Shown one piece after another: positions 1 through 12,173 of a stretch of DNA of 64,000 nucleotides. Each line of letters begins with the position of its first letter. The first letter of the stretch is position 1. The notes below the pieces were generated by a model that ran no database searches, was not told the origin of the DNA, and saw only the letters and a program-made list of their open reading frames with translations. Source of the DNA: Methanothermococcus sp. Ax23 (GTDB taxonomy: Archaea > AGJL01 > Methanococci > Methanococcales > Methanococcaceae); NCBI RefSeq assembly GCF_049075655.1, contig NZ_CP157522.1, positions 896,001-960,000 on the forward strand, written 5' to 3'. Both the position numbers and the translations under genes were made by a program.

Positions 1-135
1 TAAAATACGCCGTTGAAGAGATGAGCGAAATAAAAACAATTATCATAAACAATATACAATAACCCATATAATAACAAATATACCAATACTAACACGCATT
101 AAACTTACTTAATTTATTTTTTATAGGGATAGCAT

Positions 136-888
136 ATGGAGCTCGACATAATCCATTTAAAAGAAATTGATTCCACAAATAAATATTGCTATAAATTGGG
201 AAAAGATGGGAAAAGAAACTTAATTGTCGTCTCAGATGTTCAGACAGGAGGCGTTGGACGACTTGAAAGAAAATGGTATTCAGATTTTGGAGGGCTTTAT
301 TTTTCCATACTTCTAGATTTAGAAGAATTTAAAAAGGAATGTAAAAATGATAATATTGGCAAATTAAATTTTTTGGGCTCATTATCTACTTATGAAACAC
401 TAAATTGTTATTTGAAAGATTTTAAAACAGTTGGATGTATTGGAATAAAATTTCCAAATGACATAATTGTCAATGTAGAAAATAAAGATAAGAAACTATC
501 GGGAATACTGAGCGAAATAAATATAAATTATGGATTTTTAGTTTTAGGGATTGGCATAAATGTCAATAACAAAATACATGATGAAATAAAAGACATTGCC
601 ACATCATTAAAGGAATTGGAAGGAAAAGAGTTTGATAGGTTTGAAATTCTTAATAAATTTATTGATAATTTTAAAAATAACTACTATCTAAATGATGATG
701 AGGTTTTAAAGGGATATAAAAAATATTCAAAAACCATGGGCAAATATGTTAAGGTAATCACTCCGAAAGAGGAAATTAAGGGAACGGTTTTTGATATTGA
801 TTATGGTGGTATTCATTTAGCAACAAGTGATGGAATTAAACATATATCTGTTGGTGATTGTGTTCATCTGAGGAAAGATAAAAGATAA
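136..888 (+). CDS. birA: Biotin--[acetyl-CoA-carboxylase] ligase
   Basis: DSTN, QTGGVGRLERKW, KFPND and KKLSGIL motifs of the BPL family. Confidence 0.92.
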   Translation: MELDIIHLKEIDSTNKYCYKLGKDGKRNLIVVSDVQTGGVGRLERKWYSDFGGLYFSILLDLEEFKKECKNDNIGKLNFLGSLSTYETLNCYLKDFKTVGCIGIKFPNDIIVNVENKDKKLSGILSEININYGFLVLGIGINVNNKIHDEIKDIATSLKELEGKEFDRFEILNKFIDNFKNNYYLNDDEVLKGYKKYSKTMGKYVKVITPKEEIKGTVFDIDYGGIHLATSDGIKHISVGDCVHLRKDKR

Positions 889-955
889 AATAATAATATA
901 AAGTTTAGTCAATATAGCCACTAATGAAAAGAAAATAAATAAATTTGGTGAAATT

Positions 956-1573
956 GTGATTTACAAACTAAATGGTATAGGGTATGATTCAAATACTTAT
1001 TTAATAATTGGAAAAAAGAACATATTAGTAGACCCGGGAACTCCAAATACATTTAACATGTTAAAGGATGAAATTAAAAACACCGCAAAAGATATAGACT
1101 ATATTATAAACACGCACTGCCATTATGACCATGCTGGAAGCGATTATTTATATGAAGAATATTTTAATGCACCAATAATAATTCACGATTTAGAAGTTGA
1201 TGATTTGAAAAATAATACAAACACCACAGTATCCGCTTTATTTAATAGGGAATTGACGCCACCAAAGGAAATAATTCCTATAAGTGAGGTTTTAGGGGAA
1301 TTGGAAAAATACAATATAGAGATTGTAGAAACCCCTGGGCATACAAAGGGAAGTATAAGCCTAATATACAACGATAATCTCATTACGGGAGATACATTAT
1401 TTGCCTATGGCGTAGGTAGATGGGATTTTCCAACTGGAAATTTAATCGATTTACGGAGCTCAGTATCAAAACTTGAAAGAATAGCTTATGAAAGAAATAT
1501 AATAAATATACTTCCGGGACATGGAGAAAAAGGAAATTTAAGTGCATTTTCAAATGCAAAACTGTTTTTATAA
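956..1573 (+). CDS. MBL-fold metallo-hydrolase
   Basis: THCHYDH motif, TPGHT, GDTLF, LPGHG. Confidence 0.9.
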   Translation: MIYKLNGIGYDSNTYLIIGKKNILVDPGTPNTFNMLKDEIKNTAKDIDYIINTHCHYDHAGSDYLYEEYFNAPIIIHDLEVDDLKNNTNTTVSALFNRELTPPKEIIPISEVLGELEKYNIEIVETPGHTKGSISLIYNDNLITGDTLFAYGVGRWDFPTGNLIDLRSSVSKLERIAYERNIINILPGHGEKGNLSAFSNAKLFL

Positions 1574-1594
1574 CTATAAAATATATTAAGTGAT

Positions 1595-2263
1595 ATGATG
1601 TTCTCTGCATTGATACCAGTTTCACCGCTAAATACAGTAAAATCCAGATTAAAAAACTTTTTAACACCAGAAGAAAGAGTAGATTTAATAAAAAACATGC
1701 TTTTAGATGTCCATAGTAGCGTTAAATCAGTATGTGATAAGGTATATGTTGTAAGTAAAGATGAAGAAATGCTCGAATTCTCAAAAAAACATGGGATAAT
1801 AGCAATACCTGAAAGAGAAGATATTAAAGGACTCAATGAAGCAATAGCTTATGCTTTTGAACATATAAAAGAAGATGCTGTTATGATAGTTCCTGCTGAT
1901 ATTCCCTTGATTAAAGAGGATGATTTGAGGGAGGTTGTAAAAAAATTGGATGAGAGCTCCGTAATAATGTGCCCATCAAGAGGAGGGGGAACAAATTTAC
2001 TTCTCCTAAATCCAAAGGATGTTATTAAAACACGGTATGAAGGATTCAGTTTTTTAAAACATATTGAGGAATGCGAAAAAAATAATTTAAAGACAATAAT
2101 TTATCCATCCTTTTATATTTCAATAGATATAAACACCGTTGAAGATTTAGGAGAAATTCTTATTCACGGAAAAGATACGAATACCTATAAGTATTTAAAG
2201 AGTTTGGGGATATCTGTTCTTCCAAAGCATTCATCTGCTGGAAGATTTGAAGTTATACGATAA
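1595..2263 (+). CDS. cofC: 2-phospho-L-lactate guanylyltransferase (F420 biosynthesis)
   Basis: KSRL, ADIPL, GGGTN and DINTVEDL motifs. Confidence 0.92.
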   Translation: MMFSALIPVSPLNTVKSRLKNFLTPEERVDLIKNMLLDVHSSVKSVCDKVYVVSKDEEMLEFSKKHGIIAIPEREDIKGLNEAIAYAFEHIKEDAVMIVPADIPLIKEDDLREVVKKLDESSVIMCPSRGGGTNLLLLNPKDVIKTRYEGFSFLKHIEECEKNNLKTIIYPSFYISIDINTVEDLGEILIHGKDTNTYKYLKSLGISVLPKHSSAGRFEVIR

Positions 2264-2338
2264 ATTATTATTGTAATTGTTAATTATTAATCATTAGTTA
2301 TTGTTTATTTTTATCTTTTTTACCAAGGTGGTGATAAT

Positions 2339-2620
2339 ATGGTAGTTGCAGAAGTTAGTATAATACCGTTGGGAGAAGGTCCAAGCGTATCTAAATATGT
2401 TAAAAAGGCATTAGGGGTTTTTAAGAAGTATAATTTAAAAATAGAACCTTGTGCAATGGGAACAATATTAGAAGGGGATTTAGATGAAGTATTAAAAGCA
2501 TTTAAGGAAGCACATGAAGAAGTATTAAAGGATACAACAAGAGTAGTGAGCTCACTAAAAATTGATGAAAGAAAGGACAAGGAAAATACAATAGAAAGAA
2601 AATTAAATGCCATCAAATGA
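2339..2620 (+). CDS. MTH1187/YkoF-family thiamine-binding protein
   Basis: AEVSIIPLG..SVSKYV, AMGTILEG, KIDERKDK; GGTGGTGA RBS. Confidence 0.88.
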   Translation: MVVAEVSIIPLGEGPSVSKYVKKALGVFKKYNLKIEPCAMGTILEGDLDEVLKAFKEAHEEVLKDTTRVVSSLKIDERKDKENTIERKLNAIK

Positions 2621-2850
2621 GGTAATAAAAGCATTTTGCCGAGTGAGATTATTTTAACAGATTTTAATAAGCTTCTAATATTCTAGAATGGTATAAAAAT
2701 ACCCAAAATGATGTTGTAAGGCGAAGAGAGAATCAAATCGAAGATATATGGAAATTTTTAAATAGTTTTTATTTTTTAAGGAATATTTTAATATAAATTT
2801 TGTATATTTTATATTAATAAGTTGATATTGCATATTTTAGTGGTGGTATT

Positions 2851-3333
2851 ATGACTCAACATATGTTGGCAGGATTAAGAGCTCTCACTGCAAAAAAACT
2901 TAGGGAAAAAGGATTAACCCATGAAGAAATTGCAAAATTGCTTAAAGTAGATAGAACAGTAATTACCCATTATTTAGCCGGTAGAATACCTGCAAAAGAA
3001 GTGGTTAAATGTGCAAAAGTTGTTGCTGAAAAGTTTTATCCAAGGGATGCAGTTCTTTTTATTAAAACTGTTTGTGATGACAAGGATATTATAAATACAA
3101 TTACGGAGACGCTTATTTCTAACAATATAGATGTTGATACAGCTATTTCCAATGAGTGTAATTTATGCAAAATATGTATAGATGTGTGCCCAACAAGTGC
3201 AATAAGTGTTGGGGATAATACAATACATATTGATAAAAATAAATGTTGTGGATGTGAATTATGTCAGGAGTTATGTCCAAAAAATGCCATATTTTTAAAA
3301 ATAATTAGGGATAGTAGGACTGAGTTAGGATAA
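2851..3333 (+). CDS. HTH domain fused to 2x[4Fe-4S] ferredoxin domain
   Basis: N-terminal HTH (LTHEEIAKLLKVDRTVITHYL); two CxxCxxCxxxCP motifs. Confidence 0.8.
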   Translation: MTQHMLAGLRALTAKKLREKGLTHEEIAKLLKVDRTVITHYLAGRIPAKEVVKCAKVVAEKFYPRDAVLFIKTVCDDKDIINTITETLISNNIDVDTAISNECNLCKICIDVCPTSAISVGDNTIHIDKNKCCGCELCQELCPKNAIFLKIIRDSRTELG

Positions 3334-3507
3334 TATATATTTGTTTTTTCATTATTTATATCAAATAATTTTCCAAATATTCTTTTTTAATATATATTTA
3401 AATTATTATTTTTATTTCTATTTGTTCATATTTTTTATTTATTTTTTATTTTAATATTTTATGATGGCGCATTCAATATATTTAATATCCATAAATTAAA
3501 TTTGTAG

Positions 3508-4672
<1,165 letters not shown>

Positions 4673-4711
4673 TAAACTATTAATTTCTTATTTTTTATTC
4701 TTTAATTTTTA

Positions 4712-5650
4712 TTAATTCAATAAAATGTATTTTTTAAAGGAAATAAAAACCTTATCTCCAACTTTTAAATCATTATCGTAATAAATGGATTTTATGGTGG
4801 AGGAGTTATTTAGCGATATGGTTAATTTTTTATAATGTCCAAAATCATACATTCCAGTGATTTCGCCAGCGAGCTCATCCTTGCTACTGGAATTATATTT
4901 TTTAACAATTATGTTATGTGGCTCCACTCCATATAATTTACCATTATATTTTATGACATTATATCCAAAGAACCTTGCAACTTTTTCATTTTTTGGATTG
5001 TTAAATATTTTTTCCTTATCTCCATAATCTACGATTTCCCCATTACTTACAAATACAATATTTTTCCCAAGCATTTTAGCCTCTAAAAAATCATGGGTAA
5101 TATGGATTATAGGTAGGAGCTCACCTATTTTTTTTAATTCATTTATAATATTCTCCTTATTGTTTATGTCAAGGGCAGAAGTAGGTTCATCTAACAGCAA
5201 TATTTTAGGGTGCAATACCAAAGCCCGAGCAAGAGCCACTCGCTGCTGTTCTCCTCCACTTAATGTAGGGGGATTACGGGACAATAATTTATCAATATTT
5301 AAAAATTCAGATATTTCTTTAATTCTTTTTTCACGCTCTAATTTTCCAAATTTTTTTAATTTTAATCCATAATCTATATTTTTATAAACTGTCATATGTG
5401 GAAATAAACCATAATTTTGAGGAACATATCCGAAATTCCTTTTTTCAGGGGGTATGTCTGTAATATCCTCTCCGTTATAATATATTCTTCCGGAATTTGG
5501 CTTTAAAATCCCTGCAATGCACTTAATAATTATAGATTTCCCTGCACCACTTGGACCAAGTAATATTGTGTAATCCTCACTTAATTTGAGATTTACATTT
5601 TTTAATTGAAATTCCTTCCAAATTTTACTGATATTTTTTAGTTCAATCAT
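4712..5650 (-). CDS. wtpC: Tungstate ABC transporter ATP-binding subunit
   Basis: GPSGAGKS, LSGGEQQR, LLLDEP; adjacent to wtpA and wtpB. Confidence 0.85.
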   Translation of the reverse strand: MIELKNISKIWKEFQLKNVNLKLSEDYTILLGPSGAGKSIIIKCIAGILKPNSGRIYYNGEDITDIPPEKRNFGYVPQNYGLFPHMTVYKNIDYGLKLKKFGKLEREKRIKEISEFLNIDKLLSRNPPTLSGGEQQRVALARALVLHPKILLLDEPTSALDINNKENIINELKKIGELLPIIHITHDFLEAKMLGKNIVFVSNGEIVDYGDKEKIFNNPKNEKVARFFGYNVIKYNGKLYGVEPHNIIVKKYNSSSKDELAGEITGMYDFGHYKKLTISLNNSSTIKSIYYDNDLKVGDKVFISFKKYILLN

Positions 5651-5729
5651 GCAGACCACATTCAGTTAATTCATTTAATTATTAGTTTTAGCAAATAAAG
5701 TAATAAGATAATCCGATTTTCTATCTATT

Positions 5730-6539
5730 TTATGAATCCCTATTGTTTTTAGATTGGAATATCCTTAGTATGGCAAATAATAATATGCTCACAACTATCA
5801 TAATTACAGCAATAGGTTTTGATGCGCTGAGTCCATATTCGTTAAACCTATCCAATATAAGCACAGGTGCAGTTTTTGGAAAGTATGCTACAATTAAAAT
5901 TGCCCCAACTTCACTAATCCCCCTGGCAAATGTAAGAATACTCCCAGAAATCAAATTATTTTTTATAAGCGGCAATGATATATTAAAAAATGTTTTTATT
6001 TGCGAAGCTCCCAAAGTTCGGGAAACATTTTCGAGCTCCTCATCAATCATGGAAAACCCATTTTTAGCACTATTTACCATAAATGGAAGTCCAGTGTATA
6101 GCATTACAACAACTATCCCCCAAAAATTATCTACAATCATAACTCCATAGTTTTTTAATACCGTTCCAATGGTAGTTCCATAAATCACCGTTAGTATCAT
6201 AATACCAATTACAGAATGGGGTATTGCCATAGGTATGTCTATTATTGCCTCAATAATGTTTTTACCATTGAACTCGTATTTTGAGAGAATATATGACAAC
6301 GGCACTCCAAATATTAGGGCTACTATTGTTGCCGTAAAAGCCGCCTTTAAACTAACTAATAGGGAGTTTATGACCTCTTTATCCGCAACAGCTGTTGAAA
6401 TATCGCCCGGATTTAATAACATGGTAATTATGGGAATGAATATAAACAAAAATATCATTACAGATATTATTAAAAAAGATACTATAAACCAATAATTAAC
6501 CATATTTTTGTTAAATGTATTCTTGAACATAATCATCAA
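5730..6539 (-). CDS. wtpB: Tungstate ABC transporter permease
   Basis: DIPMAIPHSVIG, EAA-like loop SRTLGAS, FARGISEVGA. Confidence 0.88.
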   Translation of the reverse strand: MMIMFKNTFNKNMVNYWFIVSFLIISVMIFLFIFIPIITMLLNPGDISTAVADKEVINSLLVSLKAAFTATIVALIFGVPLSYILSKYEFNGKNIIEAIIDIPMAIPHSVIGIMILTVIYGTTIGTVLKNYGVMIVDNFWGIVVVMLYTGLPFMVNSAKNGFSMIDEELENVSRTLGASQIKTFFNISLPLIKNNLISGSILTFARGISEVGAILIVAYFPKTAPVLILDRFNEYGLSASKPIAVIMIVVSILLFAILRIFQSKNNRDS

Positions 6540-6570
6540 TATAATTTTTGGTAGTTTATATTGTATATTA

Positions 6571-6603
6571 CTATATAAATATTATGTTAATTACAACTAA
6601 TTA
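6571..6603 (-). promoter_or_regulatory. Putative operator plus TATA box of wtpBC
   Basis: Minus strand TAATTA gttg TAATTA AC ATAAT ATTTATATAG. Confidence 0.45.
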
Positions 6604-6705
6604 ATCAATAAATTGGAATAAGCTCAAAACTCCTGATAGTGTAAGAATTATAGGCGGATTAAAATAATATATTCTTAAAATAGATATTTTAAAAAATAAA
6701 GGTTT

Positions 6706-7980
6706 TTATTCAATTAATTTAGAATATGCCTTTTCTGCCATTTCATAAACTTTTTTCTCATCAATATTTACCATTTTTCCATCATTTAAAACAATATTTC
6801 CATCGATTATGACTATATCTACATTCCCGTTGAATGAATAAACTAAATGGGAGTGCATATTTTCCTTTGGAATTAAATAAGGTCTATCTAAATCTACTAA
6901 AACAATATCTGCAAGAGCTCCTTCCACTAACTTACCAGCATTTAAACCAAGGGCATGAGCTCCGTTTTTTGTGGCAAAATTAAATGACTCGTTGGCATTG
7001 ACAACAGTTGGATTTAATGATATTCCTTTATGAATAAGGGAAGCTGTTTTTATCTCTTCGAAAAGGTTTAAATTGTTGTTGCTTCCGCATCCATCTGTTC
7101 CAAGGGTGATTAAAATGTCGTTTTCCATAAGTTTTGGAATTGGAGCTATTCCAGAGGCAAGTTTTAAATTGCTTATTGGGTTGTGGGATACTGCTATGTT
7201 TTTATTTTTTATAATGTTTAGTTCATCCTCTGAAAGATGGACGCAGTGGGCGGATATTACCTTTACATCATCAAAGAATCCAAAGGAATTAAGGTATTCA
7301 AAAGGTCTCATTCCGGTTTTTTCCTTTATGGTTTTTATCTCGTCCAGAGTTTCATTCATGTGAATATGTATTGGAACATCATATTCCTTAGCCATGTTAT
7401 GGGTTTCCATTAGGAGCTCCTTTGAACAGGTATATGGTGCATGAGGTCCTAACACAGGGTTTATCCTTTGGTCGTTCAGTTTTTTTATTTGTTTAATGGT
7501 CTCTTCACTTGTTTTAAGCTCTTTTTCTCTTTTTTCTTCATCAAATAAATCAATCATTCCATATGCCAAAAAGCTCCTAATCCCGGTTTCTTTTACTGCC
7601 TTAATTATTCCATCTAAATAAAAATACATGTCATTGAATGTTGTTGTTCCGCTTTTAATCATTTCTATACATCCAAGCAGAGCTCCTGCATAAACAATAT
7701 CTTCGTTTAATTTTGCCTCCATTTTCCAGATGTAATCGTTCAACCATTCCATAAGTGGCAAATCATCGGCAACTCCCCTAAAAAGTGTCATAGGTATGTG
7801 TGTATGTGTATTTACAAGTCCGGGAATTGCCATTTTATTTTTACCATCTATTATCTTTAAATCCTTTTCATTTAGGTTTTCTTTATCTATCAGATTTTTT
7901 CCTATTCTTTTTATTTTATTTCCATCAATTAATAAATCCTGTATGGTGTTGTTTATTAGAGCTCCTTTTATTAGAATCAT
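6706..7980 (-). CDS. dadD: 5'-deoxyadenosine deaminase (amidohydrolase)
   Basis: NTHTH, PHAPYT, HMNET, GTDG motifs of the MTA/SAH deaminase family. Confidence 0.82.
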   Translation of the reverse strand: MILIKGALINNTIQDLLIDGNKIKRIGKNLIDKENLNEKDLKIIDGKNKMAIPGLVNTHTHIPMTLFRGVADDLPLMEWLNDYIWKMEAKLNEDIVYAGALLGCIEMIKSGTTTFNDMYFYLDGIIKAVKETGIRSFLAYGMIDLFDEEKREKELKTSEETIKQIKKLNDQRINPVLGPHAPYTCSKELLMETHNMAKEYDVPIHIHMNETLDEIKTIKEKTGMRPFEYLNSFGFFDDVKVISAHCVHLSEDELNIIKNKNIAVSHNPISNLKLASGIAPIPKLMENDILITLGTDGCGSNNNLNLFEEIKTASLIHKGISLNPTVVNANESFNFATKNGAHALGLNAGKLVEGALADIVLVDLDRPYLIPKENMHSHLVYSFNGNVDIVIIDGNIVLNDGKMVNIDEKKVYEMAEKAYSKLIE

Positions 7981-8139
7981 AATAATACCTCAATTTTATT
8001 TATTACCTTGATTTTAATTTTATATCTTTATATTTTTAAGTAAATTTTACTTTTTATTCTTTTTTTATACTCCTATTTTCGTTTTTGAGTGAGTGAAGCA
8101 GACAGAGTATATATAAATTGAAGTTTTTATCTGATTTTA

Positions 8140-9525
8140 TTAACTTAATATAGTTTTAGTTCTCACACTTCCACCACCATCCCCAACTGGAACGCTCTGA
8201 CCATTTTTACCGCAGTATCCAACGCTCAATTTAAATTCGTCGGATACTGCGTCTATATTATGAAGAATGTCTAATATTTCACCACTAAGACCTGCATCTC
8301 TTAAAGGCGTAGTTAATTCCCCATTTTCAATTAAAAAAGCCTCAACTGCATTGAATTGGAATAATCCCTTTCCTGTATCAACCTGACCTCCCCTTGAACC
8401 TTTTAAAAATATACCGTTTTTTGTATCTTGTAGGAGTTCATCAAATTTCCAATCTCCCGGCTGTATGTAGGTGTTGCTCATTCTAACAATAGGTTTGTTT
8501 AATCCCTGAGCTCTTGCGTTTCCAGTGGTTTCCATATTCAACCTTCCCGCAGTCTCTCGGGTGTGAAGGTAGTTTTTTAAAACTCCATTTTCAATTATTT
8601 TGGTTTCGCTTCCCTTTACTCCTTCACTATCGTATTTATAGTATCCAAAAGAACCTTCTATCAATGGATTATCGATTACAGTTACATATTCGCTTCCAAC
8701 AACTTCTCCGATTTTATCCTTAAATACGCTGTCATTCTGCAAAACTAAATCAGCCTCTGAGGCATGACCAACCGCCTCATGGATAAATACACCTGCGAGC
8801 TCCGGGTCAAGGATTACATTGAACTCCCCTTTTGGACATGGTTTAGCACTAAGTAATCTTAACGCCCTATTTTTTGCATTTTCTGCTTTTTGAGGTATGT
8901 TTCCTTCTTTTATAACTTCAAATCCATCTCCACCAAGCCTTTCAGAGGCGTACTGCAATGTAGAGTCCTTTGCAACCGCTGTCATATACATTAAAACTCG
9001 TATATTTTCATTTTCAATTCTTGTTCCTTCGCTGTTAATAAATAAAGAATGTCCTACGGCATCGGAATATGCCACAGAGGTGCTAACTATTTTATTATTT
9101 TTATCGTCATTGCCGTTTTTCATATGCTCGTGTGCAAGCATTAGATATTCCTTTTTTTCGTCGGTGCAGATATTTTCAGGATTTATTTTTGCATTTGATT
9201 TAACATAATCCTCATAGGTTTTTACATCCTTTAAAATCACCGTTTTTTTAGAATTCTCATTAGAAATTTTGGCAATTTTATATGCTTTTTGTATTAGTTC
9301 CTCTATTTCATTTAGATTTACCTTGTTTGAAGTTGCATATCCCCATCCATTTTTATAAAGCACTCTCACAGATACTCCTGCACTCATACCAGATGAAATT
9401 TCATCGATATTTCCATCTTTTAGAATTATGTGATTGGATTCTCCAAAACCTGCCCTAATATCACAATAGGTGCCCATAAACATTTTTTCAAGCTTTTCTA
9501 AATCAATATATTTTAAATCATCCAT
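8140..9525 (-). CDS. tldD: TldD/PmbA family metalloprotease
   Basis: HEAVGHASEAD, RMSNTYI, CGKNGQSVPVG. Confidence 0.9.
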   Translation of the reverse strand: MDDLKYIDLEKLEKMFMGTYCDIRAGFGESNHIILKDGNIDEISSGMSAGVSVRVLYKNGWGYATSNKVNLNEIEELIQKAYKIAKISNENSKKTVILKDVKTYEDYVKSNAKINPENICTDEKKEYLMLAHEHMKNGNDDKNNKIVSTSVAYSDAVGHSLFINSEGTRIENENIRVLMYMTAVAKDSTLQYASERLGGDGFEVIKEGNIPQKAENAKNRALRLLSAKPCPKGEFNVILDPELAGVFIHEAVGHASEADLVLQNDSVFKDKIGEVVGSEYVTVIDNPLIEGSFGYYKYDSEGVKGSETKIIENGVLKNYLHTRETAGRLNMETTGNARAQGLNKPIVRMSNTYIQPGDWKFDELLQDTKNGIFLKGSRGGQVDTGKGLFQFNAVEAFLIENGELTTPLRDAGLSGEILDILHNIDAVSDEFKLSVGYCGKNGQSVPVGDGGGSVRTKTILS

Positions 9526-9766
9526 TTTTTCACCTTTTATTATGGCAATTAGTAATTAATTAGTTAAATCATATTAAATTAAATCATATTGAAATATAAA
9601 ATAACATGTATCTATAATATAGCAAATATAAAATAATAATTAAAATTAAAATAAATAATAATAAATATAAAATATAATAATGTAATAATTATTTGAAACA
9701 ATAGGTTATTTACAACGTTAAAATATTTTTAATACCTATATCGATATAATTAATCTTTTTGGTGAA

Positions 9767-10939
9767 ATGATGTTTATTGGAACCCCTCTTTTTTCAAATG
9801 CAACTAAGATATTATTATTAGGTAGTGGTGAGCTCGGTAAGGAAGTAATTTTGGAAGCTCAAAGATTAGGTTTAGAATGTGTTGCTGTTGATAGTTATCA
9901 AAATGCCCCTGCAATGCAGGTTGCACATAGAAGCTATGTAGTGGATATGAAAGATGGGGATGCCCTAAGAGCAATTATTGAAAAAGAAGTTCCTGATTAT
10001 ATTATTCCAGAGATAGAGGCTATAAATACGGACACTCTTATAGAAATGGAAGAATTTGGATATAGAGTAGTTCCAACAGCCAGTGCCACGAAAATTACAA
10101 TGGATAGGGAAGGTATTAGAAGATTGGCAGCTGAAAAACTTAATTTAAGAACTGCAAAATATGAATTTGCAGAATCATTGGAAGAGTTAAAGGATGCAGT
10201 GGATAAAATAGGAATGCCTTGTGTTGTTAAACCGATAATGTCATCTTCTGGAAAAGGTCAAAGCACAATCAAAACAGAAGAAGACATAGAAAAGGCATGG
10301 AATTATGCAAAGAGCTCCGCAAGAGGCATTGGAACAAAGGTAATAGTTGAAGAGTTTATAGAATTTGATTATGAAATTACCCTTTTAACTGCAAGAACCG
10401 AAGAAGGAACAAAATTCTGTCCACCTATTGGACATATTCAGATAGATGGTGATTACCACGAGAGCTGGCAACCTCATCCAATGAGTGAAGAGACATTAGA
10501 GAGAGCTCAGGATATGGCACATAAAATAACAAGTATGTTAGGGGGTCGTGGTATATTTGGTGTAGAGTTGTTTATTAAAGGAGATGAGGTAATATTTAGC
10601 GAAGTCTCCCCAAGACCTCATGATACAGGTATGGTTACAATGATTACTCAAAATATGAGCGAGTTTGAGATACATCTTAGAAGTATATTGGGACTTCCTG
10701 TTGATATAAAATTAATAACTCCTGGAGCAAGCCATGTAATAAAATCAGATATTCACAAATGGGCTCCGCAATACGATGTTTCAGATGCTTTAAAGGTGCC
10801 AAATACAAAATTGAGAATATTTGGAAAACCATTGGCAAAGGTTGGAAGAAGGATGGGAGTTGCATTGGCATCTGCTGATGACATCGAAACTGCAAGGGAA
10901 AACGCTAAAAAATGTGCCCATGCTGTTGAAATAAAATAA
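9767..10939 (+). CDS. purT: Formate-dependent phosphoribosylglycinamide formyltransferase
   Basis: [29 protein letters not shown]. Confidence 0.96.
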   Translation: MMFIGTPLFSNATKILLLGSGELGKEVILEAQRLGLECVAVDSYQNAPAMQVAHRSYVVDMKDGDALRAIIEKEVPDYIIPEIEAINTDTLIEMEEFGYRVVPTASATKITMDREGIRRLAAEKLNLRTAKYEFAESLEELKDAVDKIGMPCVVKPIMSSSGKGQSTIKTEEDIEKAWNYAKSSARGIGTKVIVEEFIEFDYEITLLTARTEEGTKFCPPIGHIQIDGDYHESWQPHPMSEETLERAQDMAHKITSMLGGRGIFGVELFIKGDEVIFSEVSPRPHDTGMVTMITQNMSEFEIHLRSILGLPVDIKLITPGASHVIKSDIHKWAPQYDVSDALKVPNTKLRIFGKPLAKVGRRMGVALASADDIETARENAKKCAHAVEIK

Positions 10940-10985
10940 ATAAGGAAGAATAATAAAAAAATGATTTTTGATATTTTTATTTATT

Positions 10986-11678
10986 TTATAGATATTTTTT
11001 TAGCACCAAATAAACCACTACCAAAAACCATAAACCTATAATAATTAATGCCTCTTTTTTGCGGAATTTATAATTTGATGGATACAATGCATTACATCCC
11101 GCAGGAGTTAAACTATCTCCAACTATGTGGGATAAATACCCTAACCCTATTGGGACGATATAATGATACATTCCTGAGAAATTTACAAGAGGACTTTGAA
11201 TCTCTGAAATAATTAAATACATTCCCATCCAAACAAAAACACATATTGCTATTACCTTACCAAGAAGTTTATCATTTGTAACCATTATTAAGGCAATTAT
11301 TCCTGCAATTATAGGGGAAAGCACGGACATTTTATAAGTTAAAAATCCCAATATGGGGGAAATTACTATCAAACTTAAAAATGTGTGGGTGATGCCCCTG
11401 TGATTTGCAAAATGTGGAATTAAATAAATCAATAACACAGCAACTGCCCCAACAAAAAGACCTAAATCAAAATATTGAGGTTTGAATAGATATATCAAAG
11501 TGTCTATTAAAACAAGAGCTCCTGCAAAATATATTCCTCTCTCCACAATTTCCGACTTTACATTATGGTCCAAGTCTGGATACAGAGCTCCGGCAACAAG
11601 CAAAAAAATCTGTTCAGGGGACGATAAAAAAGGCAGTCCCATTATTATTCCAAATATTGTATGTCCCTTCCAATTCAT
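10986..11678 (-). CDS. YdjM-family membrane-bound metal-dependent hydrolase
   Basis: GHT, PDLDH, HRGITH, SHIVGDSLT; hydrophobic. Confidence 0.85.
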   Translation of the reverse strand: MNWKGHTIFGIIMGLPFLSSPEQIFLLVAGALYPDLDHNVKSEIVERGIYFAGALVLIDTLIYLFKPQYFDLGLFVGAVAVLLIYLIPHFANHRGITHTFLSLIVISPILGFLTYKMSVLSPIIAGIIALIMVTNDKLLGKVIAICVFVWMGMYLIISEIQSPLVNFSGMYHYIVPIGLGYLSHIVGDSLTPAGCNALYPSNYKFRKKEALIIIGLWFLVVVYLVLKKYL

Positions 11679-11806
11679 AATAACACTCTTCTTTTTTATG
11701 TTGGGTTTTAACTCATAATTTTTATACTTTTTAAACTATATGCTATATTATAATTTAAATAATGTATATTTTAAACATGTAATATAATAGTAGATAGGGT
11801 GATAGT

Positions 11807-12154
11807 TTGGATAAATTGATAATTGCAAGAATGCAGAAATTCACTGTTGAAGATTTAATGAGATGTATATTGGGACTTCAAGAGATAGAAATTAGAATAT
11901 ATCTTGAGCTTACGGAGTTAAAAGAAGCTTCCGTATATGATATAGCAAATAAAATTGGCAAAGACAGAACAACTGTTCAAAAGGCACTTAGAAGTTTAAT
12001 AAATTGCGGATTGGTTGAGAGAGAAAAAGTTACGGAAACGGTGGGATACAAATATATATACCGACCTGTTGAGTTCGAAAAAGTTAAGGAACTTATGGAA
12101 CGACTTTTGGATGAATGGTATATTGGTGTGAAAGAGTGGTTAAATAGGAATTAA
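11807..12154 (+). CDS. TrmB-like HTH transcriptional regulator
   Basis: wHTH (IANKIGKDRTTVQKALRSL..GLVER); TTG start after GGTGA. Confidence 0.8.
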   Translation: MDKLIIARMQKFTVEDLMRCILGLQEIEIRIYLELTELKEASVYDIANKIGKDRTTVQKALRSLINCGLVEREKVTETVGYKYIYRPVEFEKVKELMERLLDEWYIGVKEWLNRN

Positions 12155-12173
12155 TGTATTTTTTGGTGAAACA

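Noticed and set aside
1-62. Possible 3' tail of an upstream CDS
   Set aside because: Too short to assign frame or product
2630-2760. Possible gene relic after the MTH1187 gene
   Set aside because: No ORF or motif that I can support
3455-3500. ATGATGGCG as a fluoride riboswitch start
   Set aside because: No matching stem or pseudoknot; downstream gene is wtpA
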